Part shown: in pieces, positions 1 through 16,152 of the stretch | Layout of the letters: every line of letters starts with the position of its first letter | Numbering within the stretch: the stretch's first letter is position 1 | Source: the human T2T-CHM13v2.0 reference genome, Homo sapiens | Length of the DNA stretch: 64,000 nt | Strand: one strand, 5' to 3' | Assembly (NCBI RefSeq): GCF_009914755.1 | Contig: NC_060937.1 | Program-made: the position numbers and the translations under genes | The notes under the pieces: generated by a model | Told to the model about the DNA's origin: nothing | Seen by the model: only the letters and a program-made list of their open reading frames with translations | Databases searched by the model: none

Positions 1-112
1 GCTGAGGTGGGAGGATTACTTGAGCCTGGGAGGTCAAGGCTCAGTGAGCCATGATCATGCCACTGCACTCCAGCCTGGGTGATGGAGTGATGCCCTATCT
101 CAAAAAAACAAA
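1..112 (+). mobile_element. Alu right arm (AluJ-like), cut by the window edge
   Basis: GAGGTCAAGGCT-CAGTGAGCCATGATC...CACTGCACTCCAGCCTGGG followed by an A tail. Confidence 0.85.
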
Positions 113-447
113 GACATTAACCATCTAAATACATCTGAAATAAAAGGGCTTTGTAACCACAGAATTATAGATGTAGCAGAGATATTTGACCTTGTTAGTT
201 CAGGTCTCTTTCAGATGAGGAAGAGAGATTATCTGAAACACATTGTAAAATTTGGTGTTGTAGTTGAAGTCTGTAAATCTACAACCAGAGAAATAGAAAT
301 TAGTATCCACCTGTTAACTCAAATGCAGTTTAAAAAAAACAGCTACGATTTATTGTGTGCCTACTAGTGAAAGGTCTGAAGTGGTTGTTGATTGCATATT
401 GTAATGACAGAGAAAATGAGCACACTTCACTTGAAAAAAAAACTTTA

Positions 448-740
448 GAGTGGATGTAGTGGCTCATGCCTGTAATCCCAGTACTTTGGGAGGCCGTGGC
501 GGGCCAATCATCTGAGGTCAGGAGTTTGCAACCAGCCTGGCCAACATGGTGAAACACCGTCTCTACTAACAATGCAAAAATTAGCCGGGCCTGGTGGCAG
601 GCGCCTGTAATTCCAGCTACTCAGGAGGCTGAGACAGGAGAATCGCTTGAACCCGGGAGGTGGACGGAGGTTGCAGTGAGCTGAGATTGCGAGACTGTGC
701 TGCAGCCTGGTCCACAGAGTGAGGCTTAAAAAAAAAAAAA
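448..740 (+). mobile_element. AluS element
   Basis: Dimeric Alu with A-rich linker and A tail at 727-741. Confidence 0.9.
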
Positions 741-1169
741 ATTAATGTACTGTATGTATATATGGTACAAAGTTCAAAAAGTCCAAATGGATTTGTGGGG
801 AAAAACAAGCCTCCCTTTCATACCTGTTCCTCAGCTATTCTGTCGCTCTTAAGCATTTGTCCAGAGATACTCTTTGCATTTAAAAACACACATGTATAGT
901 TATTTTTTTCTTAAAAAATGATAGCACACTGTATACACTATTCTGTATTTTCTTGAAAATGGTTTCAAATCAATATGTATAGAGATGACTCATTTTTTTA
1001 AAGAAGGGGCACTAAGTTTTTACATTCTACAGAATATGTATTTATTTGATATACTTTAAGGAAATCTTTGCTGGGTGTAAAATTGGGGGACAACATTTCC
1101 TTTTTTTTTTAGTACTTAGACTATATTGCTGTGTGGTCTTCTGTATCTGTGTTGCTTTTGAGAAATTAG

Positions 1170-1523
<354 letters not shown>

Positions 1524-1544
1524 TAACTTAATACCTCCATACTT

Positions 1545-1590
1545 TCTTTTTATTCTCTTCTTTTCTTTCTTTTCCTTTTCTCTTCTCTTT

Positions 1591-1640
<50 letters not shown>

Positions 1641-1678
1641 TTTCTTTTCTTTCTTTCTTTCTTTTTTTTTTTTTTTTT
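1545..1678. repeat. (TTTC)n microsatellite plus poly-T, derived from the tail of the adjacent Alu
   Basis: Directly visible TTTC run followed by a T run. Confidence 0.9.
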
Positions 1679-1963
1679 GACAGCATTTTGCTCTGTCGTC
1701 CAGCCTGGAGTGCAGTGGCAAAATCATGGTTCAGTGTAGCTTGGAAGGCCTGGGCTCAAGCAATCTCCCCTGCCTCAGACTCCTGAGTAGCTGAGACTAC
1801 GGGCACTGGCCATCATGCCTGGCTAAGTAAAAAAAATTTTTTTTGTAGAGATGGGGTCTCACTTTGTTGCCCAGGCTGGTTTCAAACTCCTGGCTTCAAG
1901 CAGTCCTCCTGCCTGGGCCTCCCAAAGTGCTGGGCTTACAGGCGTGAGCCACCATGCCTGGCC
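1663..1963 (-). mobile_element. AluJ element
   Basis: Reverse Alu with J-type CCTGGGCTCAAGCAATC motif. Confidence 0.85.
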
Positions 1964-3521
1964 ATAATTCTTTCTCTAGCCTTAAAGTTCTATAAACATA
2001 ATCAATCCACAAATTCCAGGTTTTACTTATTTTGACAAGTTTTATCCTGTTATGTATCTTTGAATGTACATTTGTTCTTTTTGCTTTGTGAGCCTCTTTG
2101 GACAGTTACATATTCTTTCTAACCCCCTTCCTCCTCCATATCTGTTGTCTTCTCAGTAAATTGGTTTTATATTGTTAGTCTTATCTATTTCATTTTATAT
2201 GATTTCTTCAGTCCTTATCTTTCTTTTAGTCACATTTATTCTATTTTTGGTTGCTTCTTAATGTGGCTTTTATCTCAATAATGTTATTTTTCTCTCCATT
2301 TTTTTTCTGAGTTCTATCAGCTTGACTTTCATTTCCTTCTGTTGTTGTATAATCTCTTCTTTGAACCTTTGTTTTTCTTCTTTGAGCTCTTTTTTTATTT
2401 TTATTTTTTTAAGAGGGGTCACGTTTCCTATGGTTGCCTTTGAGACTTTGGAGAACTATTTATCTGAACTCTTCCTGTGTTTCTTTGAGTAGTTCTTGTG
2501 TTATATGCTACTAATTTACCTTTTTCTCTGAGTTTTTTTTTTTTTTCCAAATTGTATGCAGACATCGAGTATTGGTTGTTTTCTGAGTGTTGTTTATGTT
2601 GAAATAGGCCGGGAGGGTAGGTGAAGCAGGCTACAGCCTTTTTTTTGGACATGTTACTTAGTCATTTCTCACCAAATCTGTTATTTAGTTTGAAAGGGTA
2701 GGCTGGTTCTTCGTGTCGGAGTCTATCACGAAATGCCACCTCCACTCCACATCTGCCCCTTCAGTGACCCTTGACTGAAGGGTTGCATGTACACAGTGGA
2801 TCTGGCATGGTAACAAGGATTCTTCGGTTCAGCCAGCCCACCTTTCTCTGGTATTAACCCGTGGTTCAAAGAGACATTCTCTACTTCTCCTTTGGCCTAT
2901 ACTTCCATCTAGATTCCCTCCTTGGATGCTAGCATCATTAGAATCACTGTACCTCTTATTCGGGATTATGTATCTGTGTATTGCTAGAAGCCTGAGAAGG
3001 CCTGTGATGGCTTTCCACACATCCCTTGCCCCGCTTATACTGGCAGATAGGTTTCAGTTTATGATTTGGAGTCATGATAGCTTCCTTGTTTCAGTTGTGT
3101 AGGGAAGTTGCAAATTTCTACTCATGACTCATTGTGTAGATGATGAAATGTAGTGTATTTTCTATCACCTATCATCTTTGTCAGAGGCCCTCTACCTTTA
3201 GTAGTGGATGGTGGGAAGAAAAATTTGTGAGTAAACAGGATCTTGGCCTCTGTTGGTTTAAACAGTCTCTTTGGGGTAATGTGTTTCAGTTTTCTTCTAT
3301 CCCCAGCTTCTGCTGAGGTGAGGTCTGGGAGCAGTGAGAGAGGCCTTTGGGAATGATGCTTAGATCTGCCTCGCGGCGCTGGCATGGGGAGAACGTAGAC
3401 TCACACGCAGTCTTCCTGAGGCTTTGCTACGAGGGCCTGGGTGGGTAACCACTGAGTAACATCTCTCGCTGTTGAGGCTTTGAAAGCCTTGAGGAGGCTT
3501 CTCCTGTCCTTAGACCTACTA

Positions 3522-3886
3522 CAGTCGGCCCATGGGCTCTGCATCTGTGGATCCAACCAACTGCAGATATTTGGGGGAGCGGGGAGGAAAAGATTTGGAT
3601 CTGTACTGAATAGGTACTGCCTTTTTTCCCCCCATCTTTATTCCCTAAACAATAGAGGATAACAACTATTTAGATAGCATTTACATTGTATTAGGTATTA
3701 TAATTCAAAGGTATTATAGGTAATCTAGAGATGATTCAATATATGGAAGAATGTGCCTGGGTTAGATGCAAATACTACACCATTTTATATCAGGGACTTG
3801 GAGCATCCCCGGATTTTGGTATCTGCAGGGCGGGGCGGGGGTGGTGCTCCTGGAACCCGCCTCCCATGGATTCCAAGGATCACCTG
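3522..3886 (+). mobile_element. MER2 (TcMar-Tigger MITE)
   Basis: Ends CAGTCGGCCC...CACCTG flanked by TA dinucleotides; internal ATAGCATTTACATTGTATTAGGTATTATA matches the recalled MER2 consensus. Confidence 0.8.
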
Positions 3887-5134
3887 TATTTGCCTGCAGT
3901 CATCATGGAGTTCCCCATACTGTGTGGTCTTCATCCTGACCCAGACCTTCACTGGTCAGAACTTCAGGATTCCTATCACGATGTACTTGGGTTATTTGCC
4001 CAGCCCCTCCCTCCAGCCATGCTGCGCTGTTGCTGCCACGCCATATTCAGAATGCCACAAAACTGAGCCCTGGGCTTCACTGCAAGCCTGCAGCCTCCCC
4101 TACACTGTGTCCCAGAAGCAGACCTCTTGCCTGGATATTTTTAGGGCACCTTATACTTGTCAGAATGTTTTCAGCAATCTTTGTCCACTGCCACCCCCGC
4201 CCTATCCCCAAGGGTCCAGCAGAAGAGGAAATAGTGAAGTCTCTGATAATCTGATTTTAATGAGTATCTTTTAAGAGAAATAAGTGATAGTGGGGGAATT
4301 GTTAGGGATCATATATCATAGTTCTGCTGCAGGTTTATCTGGAAACTTGAGCAAGATTAAGTATCACCTTGTTAGGTTGTCTACCATATAATAATAATGT
4401 CATCTGTAAGCCTCTCATATTAAAGAGTTAGGGAATAAGCATCAGTGAGTGAAAGGAAGAAAACCAATAGTTCTTTCATTTTAAATTAGCTATGATTTTT
4501 AAATTTCCATTACTTTTATATTTATTTGGAAATTATTTTTTTTCTTTTACGAGTATCCCTGTTTTGAAAGATTATGGGTCTTTTTTTGCATATTCATGAA
4601 GGATGACTGGATGAAATCAGTCATTTATGATTGACAGAAATATGACAGAACTTTGCAAAGTTTGAATGGACTTTTGATATTCAACACCAAAGAATTTTGT
4701 CTAATTAAAGCTTCTGTTTAATTAAGATAACAATGCATAGTCCTTCATTAAAATTAACACAGAAAAAGTTCTTCCTTGGTCCTTGGAGAGGATATTATAT
4801 GCAAGCCCTGTTGTGTGGGTTGCAAGATGTCACTGGAATTTATATGCATTACTTGTCTAATTGCAGTAAATGTAGCATGTCCAGATAGGTTTCGAGTTAG
4901 AAGGCTGTTTGTTACTTACGGAAATCACTTGAAGCCTCAGTACCCGGAGGCAGCTGTTCACAGGTCCTTCACCTCTCCCCAGAGATGACTGGGAAGACGC
5001 TGTTGTTGGACCCTGTCTTTCTTGGCTGGAGCAGTAAACATGACAGGTTGTTTGGGAGCCATCTGTTTAAAATGGCTGCTGCTTTGTATGCAGCAATGAA
5101 CTTGAGATCAGTTTTCTGTCTTTCTTCATGGTAA

Positions 5135-5332
<198 letters not shown>

Positions 5333-6459
5333 TAGAGCTATAGGAGGGAAAAGCTGTATTTTATTCACCTTATACTTTTTACAGTCGAAAACTTTTTCTT
5401 TTCTTATTTTAGAGGATCTTAAGTTTTAACCTGAGCATTTAATGTTTTCTTTTTTCAGACAATCCAAGAAGGTTCATGTATTGTACTTTGTTGTAAACAA
5501 GGAATTCTGCAGGCTTTTCTAAAAATGCTAGATTAGCTGTTTTTTTTTTTCCTCTGTGGGTTTTTAGTTGTAAAATACAACTTACTTTGTTACCTTTCTT
5601 TTCTGTGCAGTTGAAATTACGTAGTGTTAGGCTAGTAAAACTTGTGTTATTCAGGTTGACTTTCCACAGCTCACTGATGTCCTTTAAAAATTTAGTAATC
5701 TTAACTTATTAATCTTTCTTTTCGCCTCAATATAAAATGTCCTGCCTTGAGGAGATGCCTTGGAACCCAGAGTCGATAGAACATTTTTTGTAACCTGTGA
5801 CTTCCATTTTAAAGTAGAAAGTTATGAAAAGAGATTCTGCCAAAATTCTTCACCTTACCTCATATTTGAGGTTTAGCGTTTTAGGAAAAAAAAAAAAATC
5901 ATGGAACATGTGGCTATCACAGGCTAATAAAAATCTAGCCCCACCCATAGCATTAAATGCTCATTCTTTGTTCTTTTTTATGAAAATCATCTTAACTTGA
6001 TTTTACACAGGAAACTGGTTTTAAAAACCTTGAGAAATCAGGATAATCACAGATTAAGACTACTTACTCCATACCTGATTCTTATCTACCTCTATGAGAG
6101 ACCGGGATAGTGGACATCAGAATCCACAAAAACTATGTGATGACTGAACTGATTTCTAAGTCAGTTTCAATTGATATATTATCTCTATGGTTCCAAGTAA
6201 CCTTGAACTCTTGGTAATAAGCCCTATATTTTGACTTTGGTTTTGTGACTTGTCCCAGTATATTTTTTCTCATTTTTTTAATTTTCTAACTCCTGTCTTT
6301 TCTCATATTTTATAACTTAACTCATATTATATAACTTTATATAATATTATATCAGTATAAATTATGAGTTGAAATAGTTTAAGACTCTTGAAAAAAATAT
6401 CACTACATAATTTCACATTACTTAGATCCATGTATTATTATGTCTTTAAAAACTGTGGT

Positions 6460-6786
<327 letters not shown>

Positions 6787-7587
6787 TTATACTGGTTTAT
6801 GTTCGATAGACTGTACAGTGCATCGAATATGTTATGGCTCAAGTGTTTGTCAGAGGGACATAGTGTTAACTCTCAGTAGTCAGAAGAAAGAGGTACAAAC
6901 TCCTATTATGCAAATTTTTTGTATTGTGTTACTTTCATCATCCTTTTCAGTGAGTGCGCAGATAGTTGTCTTGATGGCACTTTTACATGTAGAATTTATA
7001 GCTAGATTAATAGGGATACATATGTAGAATAATCAAAAATATTTTCCCTAGTGTAGGGATCATGTTCGGTAAATCCCTTTTTAATCCTGTAAGTACTTTG
7101 CTACTAAAAGAATTAATGTGTCTGAAATAAGTGACCCCTTAAAGAGAGATCCCTTGACTCTTAGGAAGAGGTCGTTGCATCAAGTTAAGTACTCTCTAAT
7201 TGGAAGGAAATAAACTCAGAGAGGTAAATGGTGTACTAGGAAAAACAGTCGTTTACCTAAAAAAAAAAAAAAGGTAAGGAGAGTTTTTCCTTGTGAAAGG
7301 GGATGGATTTTATTTACTTTCTGTAGGCATTAGCATTATATCGACTCTTTCCAAAAATGTAATGTGGCCCCTATGAAGATAATAACAATTGTAGTAATAA
7401 TAAATAACACACAGTGCTTACTGTGTTATCAGGTGTAGTTTTAAGCATAGTACAGATATGAACTTCTTTGATCTTCACAATTGTATGAAGTAGGTGCTAT
7501 TTATAGTTTTATAAATGAGACAACTGAGGCTCAGAGAAAAGTAAGTGACTTACTCAAGGTCACCAGCTAGTAAGAGGTAAAGCCATG

Positions 7588-7899
7588 ATTTTTTTTTTTT
7601 CTTTTTAAATGAGACAGGATCTCGCTCTGTCACCTAGGCTAGAGTGCAATGGCACAATCTGGGTTCACCGCAGCTTTGACCTCCCAGGCTCCAGCGATCC
7701 TCCCACCTGAGCCCCCCAGGTAGCTGGGACTACAGGTGTGCCTGCCACCACACCCAGCTAATTTTGTTTATTTTGTAGAGATGAGGCCTCACTATGTTGC
7801 CCAGGCTGGTTTGGAACTCCTGGGCTCAAGCAACCCTGCCTCCTCCCCGACCCCCCCTACCCCCCACCCCCACCCCCACCCCCCCCACACCCTCAGCCT
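7588..7899 (-). mobile_element. 5'-truncated AluJ inserted in a MIR, containing a C-rich expansion
   Basis: Reverse Alu with CCATGATTT TSD; MIR-like ACAACTGAGGCTCAGAGA...AAGTGACTT to the left. Confidence 0.8.
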
Positions 7900-8137
7900 A
7901 GATCCATGATTTAAATCCGAGCAGTCTTGCTGTAGGTAGGATCCTTGCCATCAAGCATTGCAGGATGCTGAGGCAAGCTATGTAACTTCCTGGGCATCAC
8001 AAAGCTAGGAAGAAGCAGAGCAAAAACTTGGTCCGTGGCAGTCATGTGTGCTTTCCCCCACTATGCTATAGTACTTTGCGATTTTTCCTATCACATTCTT
8101 CTTCAAATTATAATTACCTGTCATTCATGCTTTAAAC

Positions 8138-8309
8138 CAGAGATGCTTAAACTTTAATATGCTTCAGAATCAACTAGAAGCCTTGTGGAAACTCAAGTTG
8201 TTGGACCCACCCATAGCTTACTCTGATTTAGCAGGTCTGGGCTAGGTCTGCATTTCTGGCAAGCCCCCAGGTAATGCTGCTGGTCTGGGCCACATTTGGA
8301 CACCCTCTG
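8138..8309. mobile_element. MER5A-like hAT MITE
   Basis: TCAGAATCA...CTCTGATTTAGCAGGTCTGGG...CTGCATTTCT...CAGGTAATGCTG pattern. Confidence 0.65.
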
Positions 8310-9121
8310 CTTTAAACCTTTGTAGTCAGAGAATGAGCTGAGGAGTGGTGTGCCCCAGCAAGGTGGGTAGGAACCGAGTCACATGAGCCTTATTAAGGAC
8401 ATAGGAGAGGCTCTACTTTATCCCTAGGTCAGTAGGGACCCGTGGAAGAGCTTTCAGTAAGGAAGTGATGATTGAACAGAATTGTAGCTTACGAGGTTTT
8501 TTTGGTTTTTGGCTGCTTTGTGGAGAGTGGCTTGAAGAAGCATGAGGTGAAGATTGGAGGCAAAGAGAGAAGTCAGCAGATGTTAGGGATTCGGAGGTAA
8601 GAAGTCTCAGCAGCTGTGGGGATGAGGGCACTGTGTGCAGAAGGGATCTGCAAGCGTGACAGGAGAAAGAACTGGTGGCTTTACAGTCATCTGCTGATTT
8701 CTCTTCTGACCACTGTTAGCATGGGCAAACCTCCAAATTCTATTCCTGACTCCCCCTTTTCTCTCTCTGCTTGCTTCCTGGGCTGCATTGCTCCAAGAGT
8801 TCCAGCTTAACACCTCCAAGCAGATAGCTACGAAATGCAATTATAAGTGTTTGTGTGTCTCTTTGCAATTGTTTATTCTGAGAAATAAGGGATGAATATT
8901 ACCAAAGGCATTTTTCAAGTGATTTTACAGTAATCACTTGAAATTGATTACTGTAGTAATTGATTACTATAGTAACTGTAGGTACTTTAAAGTAATAACT
9001 ACAATTCTTTTTTCTCTGGATTTTTGAGCATACATATAAACTTTATATTCTTAAATAGTATTAAATATTACTATTTATCATTAACTTGTATCATTAAATT
9101 TTATTATTAAACCTCATTTAA

Positions 9122-9468
<347 letters not shown>

Positions 9469-9520
9469 TGACCCAATGAAAACCTGTTTACCCACTATCT
9501 AGATTAAAAAAAAGAAAACA

Positions 9521-9824
<304 letters not shown>

Positions 9825-11121
9825 TTATCAGTGCTATTTGTATCATTCTTCCTTGATTAAATCCTCCTTTCCAGTGTCCCTGAAGAACACCATTATGAGT
9901 TTTAAATTGATCACTACCTTGCTTTTCTTTAGGGATATTTATGAATACACCAACACTGTGAGCAGTATCTTGTTGAGCTGCTCTTGTTTTTGAACCTTGT
10001 AATTGCCCCCATCCTCTCTGTGTTCCTCCAGGAGTTGTCTTCTCCCCACCAGCATGATGTTTGTGAGCCTGGCCCATGTTGCTGCCTATAGCTGCAGTTT
10101 ATCTACTTCCATACATCATATTAATATTACCACCAATTACTTATTCTCCTCTAAATAGACATCTGTGTTATTTTCCTTATTTTGTTGTCACAGTGATGCT
10201 TGTATGAACACCCTACTTCCTGTTTCCTCTTGACATAGGAGGTTCTCCAGGTCATGTGCCGGTATAACAGCCATGCTGTGGGGCCTGTGCTTTCTCATTC
10301 CTGCATGGCAAGGCCAGGTGGGTTTCTCTGTGTGGCTGTACCAGCTTATGTGCCCATCAGTAGTGAAGATGATAGTCACAATGAGAACAATGAACTAACC
10401 TTATTCTGTACTTATTATGCCCGGCACTGACTGTTCTAAGCACTTTGTATGTATGAATGCCCCCAAAAACCCAATAAAGTACGTACTAGTGTTATCCCTC
10501 ATTTTGTATTTGGGAAAACAGAAGCTTGTAGAGGCTAAATTGCTTTCCCATCTGGTAGTAAATGGGAGTGCCAGAATTTGAACCAAGGAATCTGTGCCCT
10601 TAACATTTTTTTTCACATCCTGGTGAACCCTTGGCCTTCCCAGACTACTTAGGTTTTTCCTGACTGGTGGGTTTAGATGGCATCTCATTATGGTTTTAAT
10701 GTATACTTCCCTGATTAGTATGACAATGAACATTGAAAATATATATTTATTGGCTCTCTTGTTTTCTCTTCTGTAAAATATCTGCTCATGACTTTTGCCC
10801 ACTTTTTAAATTGGATTATCTTTTTCTTATTGACTCATAAAAGTTCTTCCTGCGTTATGGCTCCTTTTTGTCGTATGTGTTGATAAAGTAGCTTCTGTTT
10901 TTATTGTTTTAAGTTATCCAAGTTAAGTTTTAAGGCAAGATTTAATGTCAGAATTTTCAATATTTTCCTTTATGGTTTGTGTGTTTTGCGTTTGTGTAGA
11001 TAATCTTGTTCTACTCCTAAGCTCACAAAGATACCTATATTTTCTTTTAAACCTTTTTAAATTGTGCTTTTCAAAGTTAACTACTTAATCCTCATGGGAT
11101 TGATTTTTGTACACGGTATGA

Positions 11122-11710
<589 letters not shown>

Positions 11711-12346
11711 ATAACTCGTTATGCCAGCACAATTTAATGATAGTCGTGCTTCTCTTCCCTTACTACCTTGCCACCACCTCACCTTTCCAACCCCGAAATT
11801 CTTTAAAAGCGGTTTCTGTGATTCTCAATTAATTGTAAATAAAAAGATGATTTTTCGCTTAATACGATCCTCAGTATATTTGCTTCTGTGAGCTCTCAGT
11901 CAGTTGCACTCTTTTATTTTTTGTTAATCTTCTGGAAACCCTTAGCCAAGGGCATCAGATGATATTTGAGATACACCTTAGAAAAACGTGTTTGTGAATC
12001 AACAGGCAAATTGGGAAGTATTCATTTAGGGAAGTAATGAGAGCTAAACATGGAAAAATAGGTTGGAGGACCAGATAGTGAATGAGAGCCTGAAGAATCT
12101 ATGCTTTTCAGTCAGCAGTGGAGATATTACAACTTTTTGCAGAGTACAGTAACGTCCATCAAAATGCCATTGTAGAATATTAATGTGTCCTCATAATAGA
12201 GGAGGGGTTAAGGGATTGAAGGGTGAAGTGGAGATGGAGTTCATTTAGAAGACAATCCTATTACTGCCTTCATCCTCCACTAGGGTGCAAGCAGTGTAGA
12301 GAAAAAGGGGGTTGAGTTTGAGAGAAACCTATGTTTCCATGCATAG

Positions 12347-12881
12347 AAACCACTTTCTGTTTCTATGAATTTGACTACTGTGGGTATGGGTACCGCCTAT
12401 AAATGAAATGGTATAGTATTTGTCTTTTGTGACTGGCTTATTTCACTTAGCATACTGTCTTCAAGGTTCATCCAGGTTATAGCATGTGACAGGATGTCTT
12501 TCCTTTTTATGGCTGAATAATATTCCATTGTGTGAATATACTACATGTTGTTTATCCATTCCTCTGTCAACGGACATTTGGGTTGTTTCTACCTTTTGGC
12601 TGCTGTGAATTATGCTTCCATGAGCATGGGTGTACAAATATCTGTTTGAGTACCCCATTCTTTTGGGCATATGCCCAGAAGTGGAATTGCTGGATCACGT
12701 GGTAATTGTATGTTTAATTTTTTGAGGAACCTCCATAGTTGCTGCACCATTTTACATTCCCATTAGCAGTGCACAATAATTTCAGTTTCGTGCCATCTTT
12801 GTTAACACTTGTTATTTTCTGTTTTGTTTTGTTTTTTAATAATAGCCATCCTATTGGGGGTGAAGTGGTATCTCATTGTGG
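12347..12881 (-). mobile_element. L1M (L1MB-like) 3' fragment
   Basis: GGCTTATTTCACTTAGCATA...GGTTCATCCA...AGAAGTGGAATTGCTGGATCA; the minus-strand ORF at 12461-12670 is L1-derived. Confidence 0.85.
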
Positions 12882-13289
12882 AGCAGGACTTATCTAGATA
12901 GTAACTGAAGAAAAAGCATTCCGAATACTTCTAGGATGTGTCCTTCCTATATTGGTATTACTCTGTAACCAGTTCACTGCACAAGTGGCACTTTTTTCAG
13001 TCCAAGTAGAAGCAAGTTTCTTAGAGCTGTTTTTTTTTTTAAACCCTTTATTTCAACTTCTTTCCTTCCCATATATAAAACCACATACCATTCTAACAGT
13101 CTGTAATGTTGCTACCAGGTAATAAACAAGCCATACTGTATTTGGGAGAGGAGGGTGTGTTTCAAAGTCTAGTTCATTGTAATATCAAAACTGGTAAAAC
13201 CTCTCCTCTCTAAACTCAGTTTGACCTCACACTGAGAAACCTTTACTAGTGCAGAGGAGAATGTTGCTTTCTTCTTGCTTGCTTTATAT

Positions 13290-13901
13290 TGTAGGGGCAA
13301 AAGGGTGTGATCCCACTCCTCCCCATCATAAGGGTGTCCATGGCAGACACTCCTATAACAAAAGACAGGTTAACAAGAGAAAAGTATAACTGATTTATTT
13401 AATCAAAGTTTTATGTGACATGAGAGTCTTCAGAACAGAGATCCAAAGATACAAGGAAAGCTGTCCATTTTAATGCTTAGGTTTAATGAAGAATGGGCAG
13501 CCGTGTAAAACTGATGGGACAAAGAATGTAAGTGAATGCTAGTAGGCTGAGAGGAACCCAGCAAGGCCTATGTTCAGATCTTCCTGGCCTCTCTTGTACT
13601 ATTTCTTCCTCCCAGGTATGGGACAAGACCCATCTGGGATGACGGTCTTATGACCTGCTACTGTTGTAGAGAAGGGTAGGCCAGAGAATTTCTTTATGAG
13701 CAGCTCTTAGAAAGGCAGGGAGGGGTTAGAGTCCTGTTTCTGGTTTCATAGTTGTCTTTGCGGGAGAGGAATTCTGATGTCTGTGACTCATCTCAGGAGA
13801 GAATGAGGGGTGAGAGACAGGAAGGCAGAAGGTCAGAGATCTTAGTTCTGAGGTTACTTCTGAGGCCTTCTCTTTGGGGTATCATTTTCTGAGCCTCAAC
13901 A
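13290..13901 (-). mobile_element. ERV1 solo LTR, MER39-like
   Basis: TG...CA termini with ATAT/ATAC flanks; minus strand starts TGTTGAGGCTCAGAAAATGATACCCCAAAG. Confidence 0.7.
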
Positions 13902-14588
13902 ATACCCTTTTCTACTTCAGAGCTGCTATATTGGGTCTCTCAGAATTTGCAGTATGGGGTAAAGATGAGAAGAGCATGGCAGGAAGAACCAGGTTTTCTG
14001 GGGCAGAGGCAACCTGGCATTCACTCTCTTGGGGCATGGCAGATGTCCAAAGCTGGCCGGTAGCCCTGGGATACTTTCATGTGGATTTGGGGGAACTTCT
14101 CACCTGCAGAACACTTAATGCCTCCTGTCTTTTCCAGTTGCCTTTGGTCTCCTGAGCAACTACTGTGTTGACTCTGAATGTTCTCACTGGGCATGGTCCC
14201 TCATAATGACCCCGCCTGCTTTTCTCCTGCACAATCCACGTCTGGCCACAGGAAATAGTAATAAGTCCTTGCCTCACCAAACCAACAAAGTACAAGCTTC
14301 TCTTCTTGGTCTGTCTCTAAGAATTCGCATGAATAAGTGATTCTCATGAAGTCGCTTTCACGTAGCTTAAGCAGAGTTCAGCCTTAAATTCTAAGCTTAA
14401 GAATTCGACCTCCTCAAATTAATTTTCCTCTTTTATTCTTTTAAGGTGGGAGATGGACAGTCACTGGTCCCACAGCTTCCTAGCACATTCTACCAGGTAG
14501 CCTTGGCTAGCATCTGACTTAAAGATGTATGGGTACTTGGCGTCTACTTCTTTTTGTTGCTGAACCCCTGTGATTCCATGAAAAGTAG

Positions 14589-14950
14589 TGCGTTCATCTG
14601 TTCTTATATTGCTATAAAGAAAAACCTGAGACTGCATAATTTATCAAGAAAACGGGTTTAAATGGCTCATGGTTCTGCCAGCTGTACAGGAAGTATGGTG
14701 CCAGCATCTGCTCAGCTTCTGGGGAGGGAGGCCTCAGGGAGCTTTCAGTCATGGTGGAGGCAAAGCAGGAGGAGGAGCATCACAGGGCAAGAGCAGGAAT
14801 GAGGGTGAGAGAGAACGGGGAGGTGCCCCACTCTTTTAAACAACCAAGATCTACCTCTGTGATCCAAACACCTCCCACCAGGCCCCACCTGCCATGTCGA
14901 GAATCACATTTCAGCAAGAGATTTGGAGCGGACACATCCAAACCATATTA
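14589..14950. mobile_element. MSTA-like MaLR solo LTR
   Basis: TTGCTATAAAGAAAAACCTGAGACTG...TGGCTCATGGTTCTG...ACACATCCAAACCATAT; AGTAG/AGGAG 5-bp flanks. Confidence 0.8.
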
Positions 14951-15145
14951 AGGAGCATTTAACTTCTTTATCTGATTAGATGAGTAAGTAGTTGGGAAGG
15001 CAACTTACCTTTGCTTCAGGAATTAGCTCCCGATTCATCCAGTCCGATCACGTGTATTCATGTTCCTGGTTTTCATTGGTAAACTTCATAAGTTTAATAT
15101 TACCCATTAAATTCCTTTAAAAGTAAGTTGTATTTTGGTGTATAC

Positions 15146-16152
<1,007 letters not shown>

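Noticed and set aside
14290-14410. Cluster of EcoRI, HindIII and AflII sites with a near-palindrome (AATTCTAAGCTTAAGAATT), resembling a cloning linker
   Set aside because: No vector sequence nearby, and such AT-rich hexamers arise by chance or small fold-back duplication.
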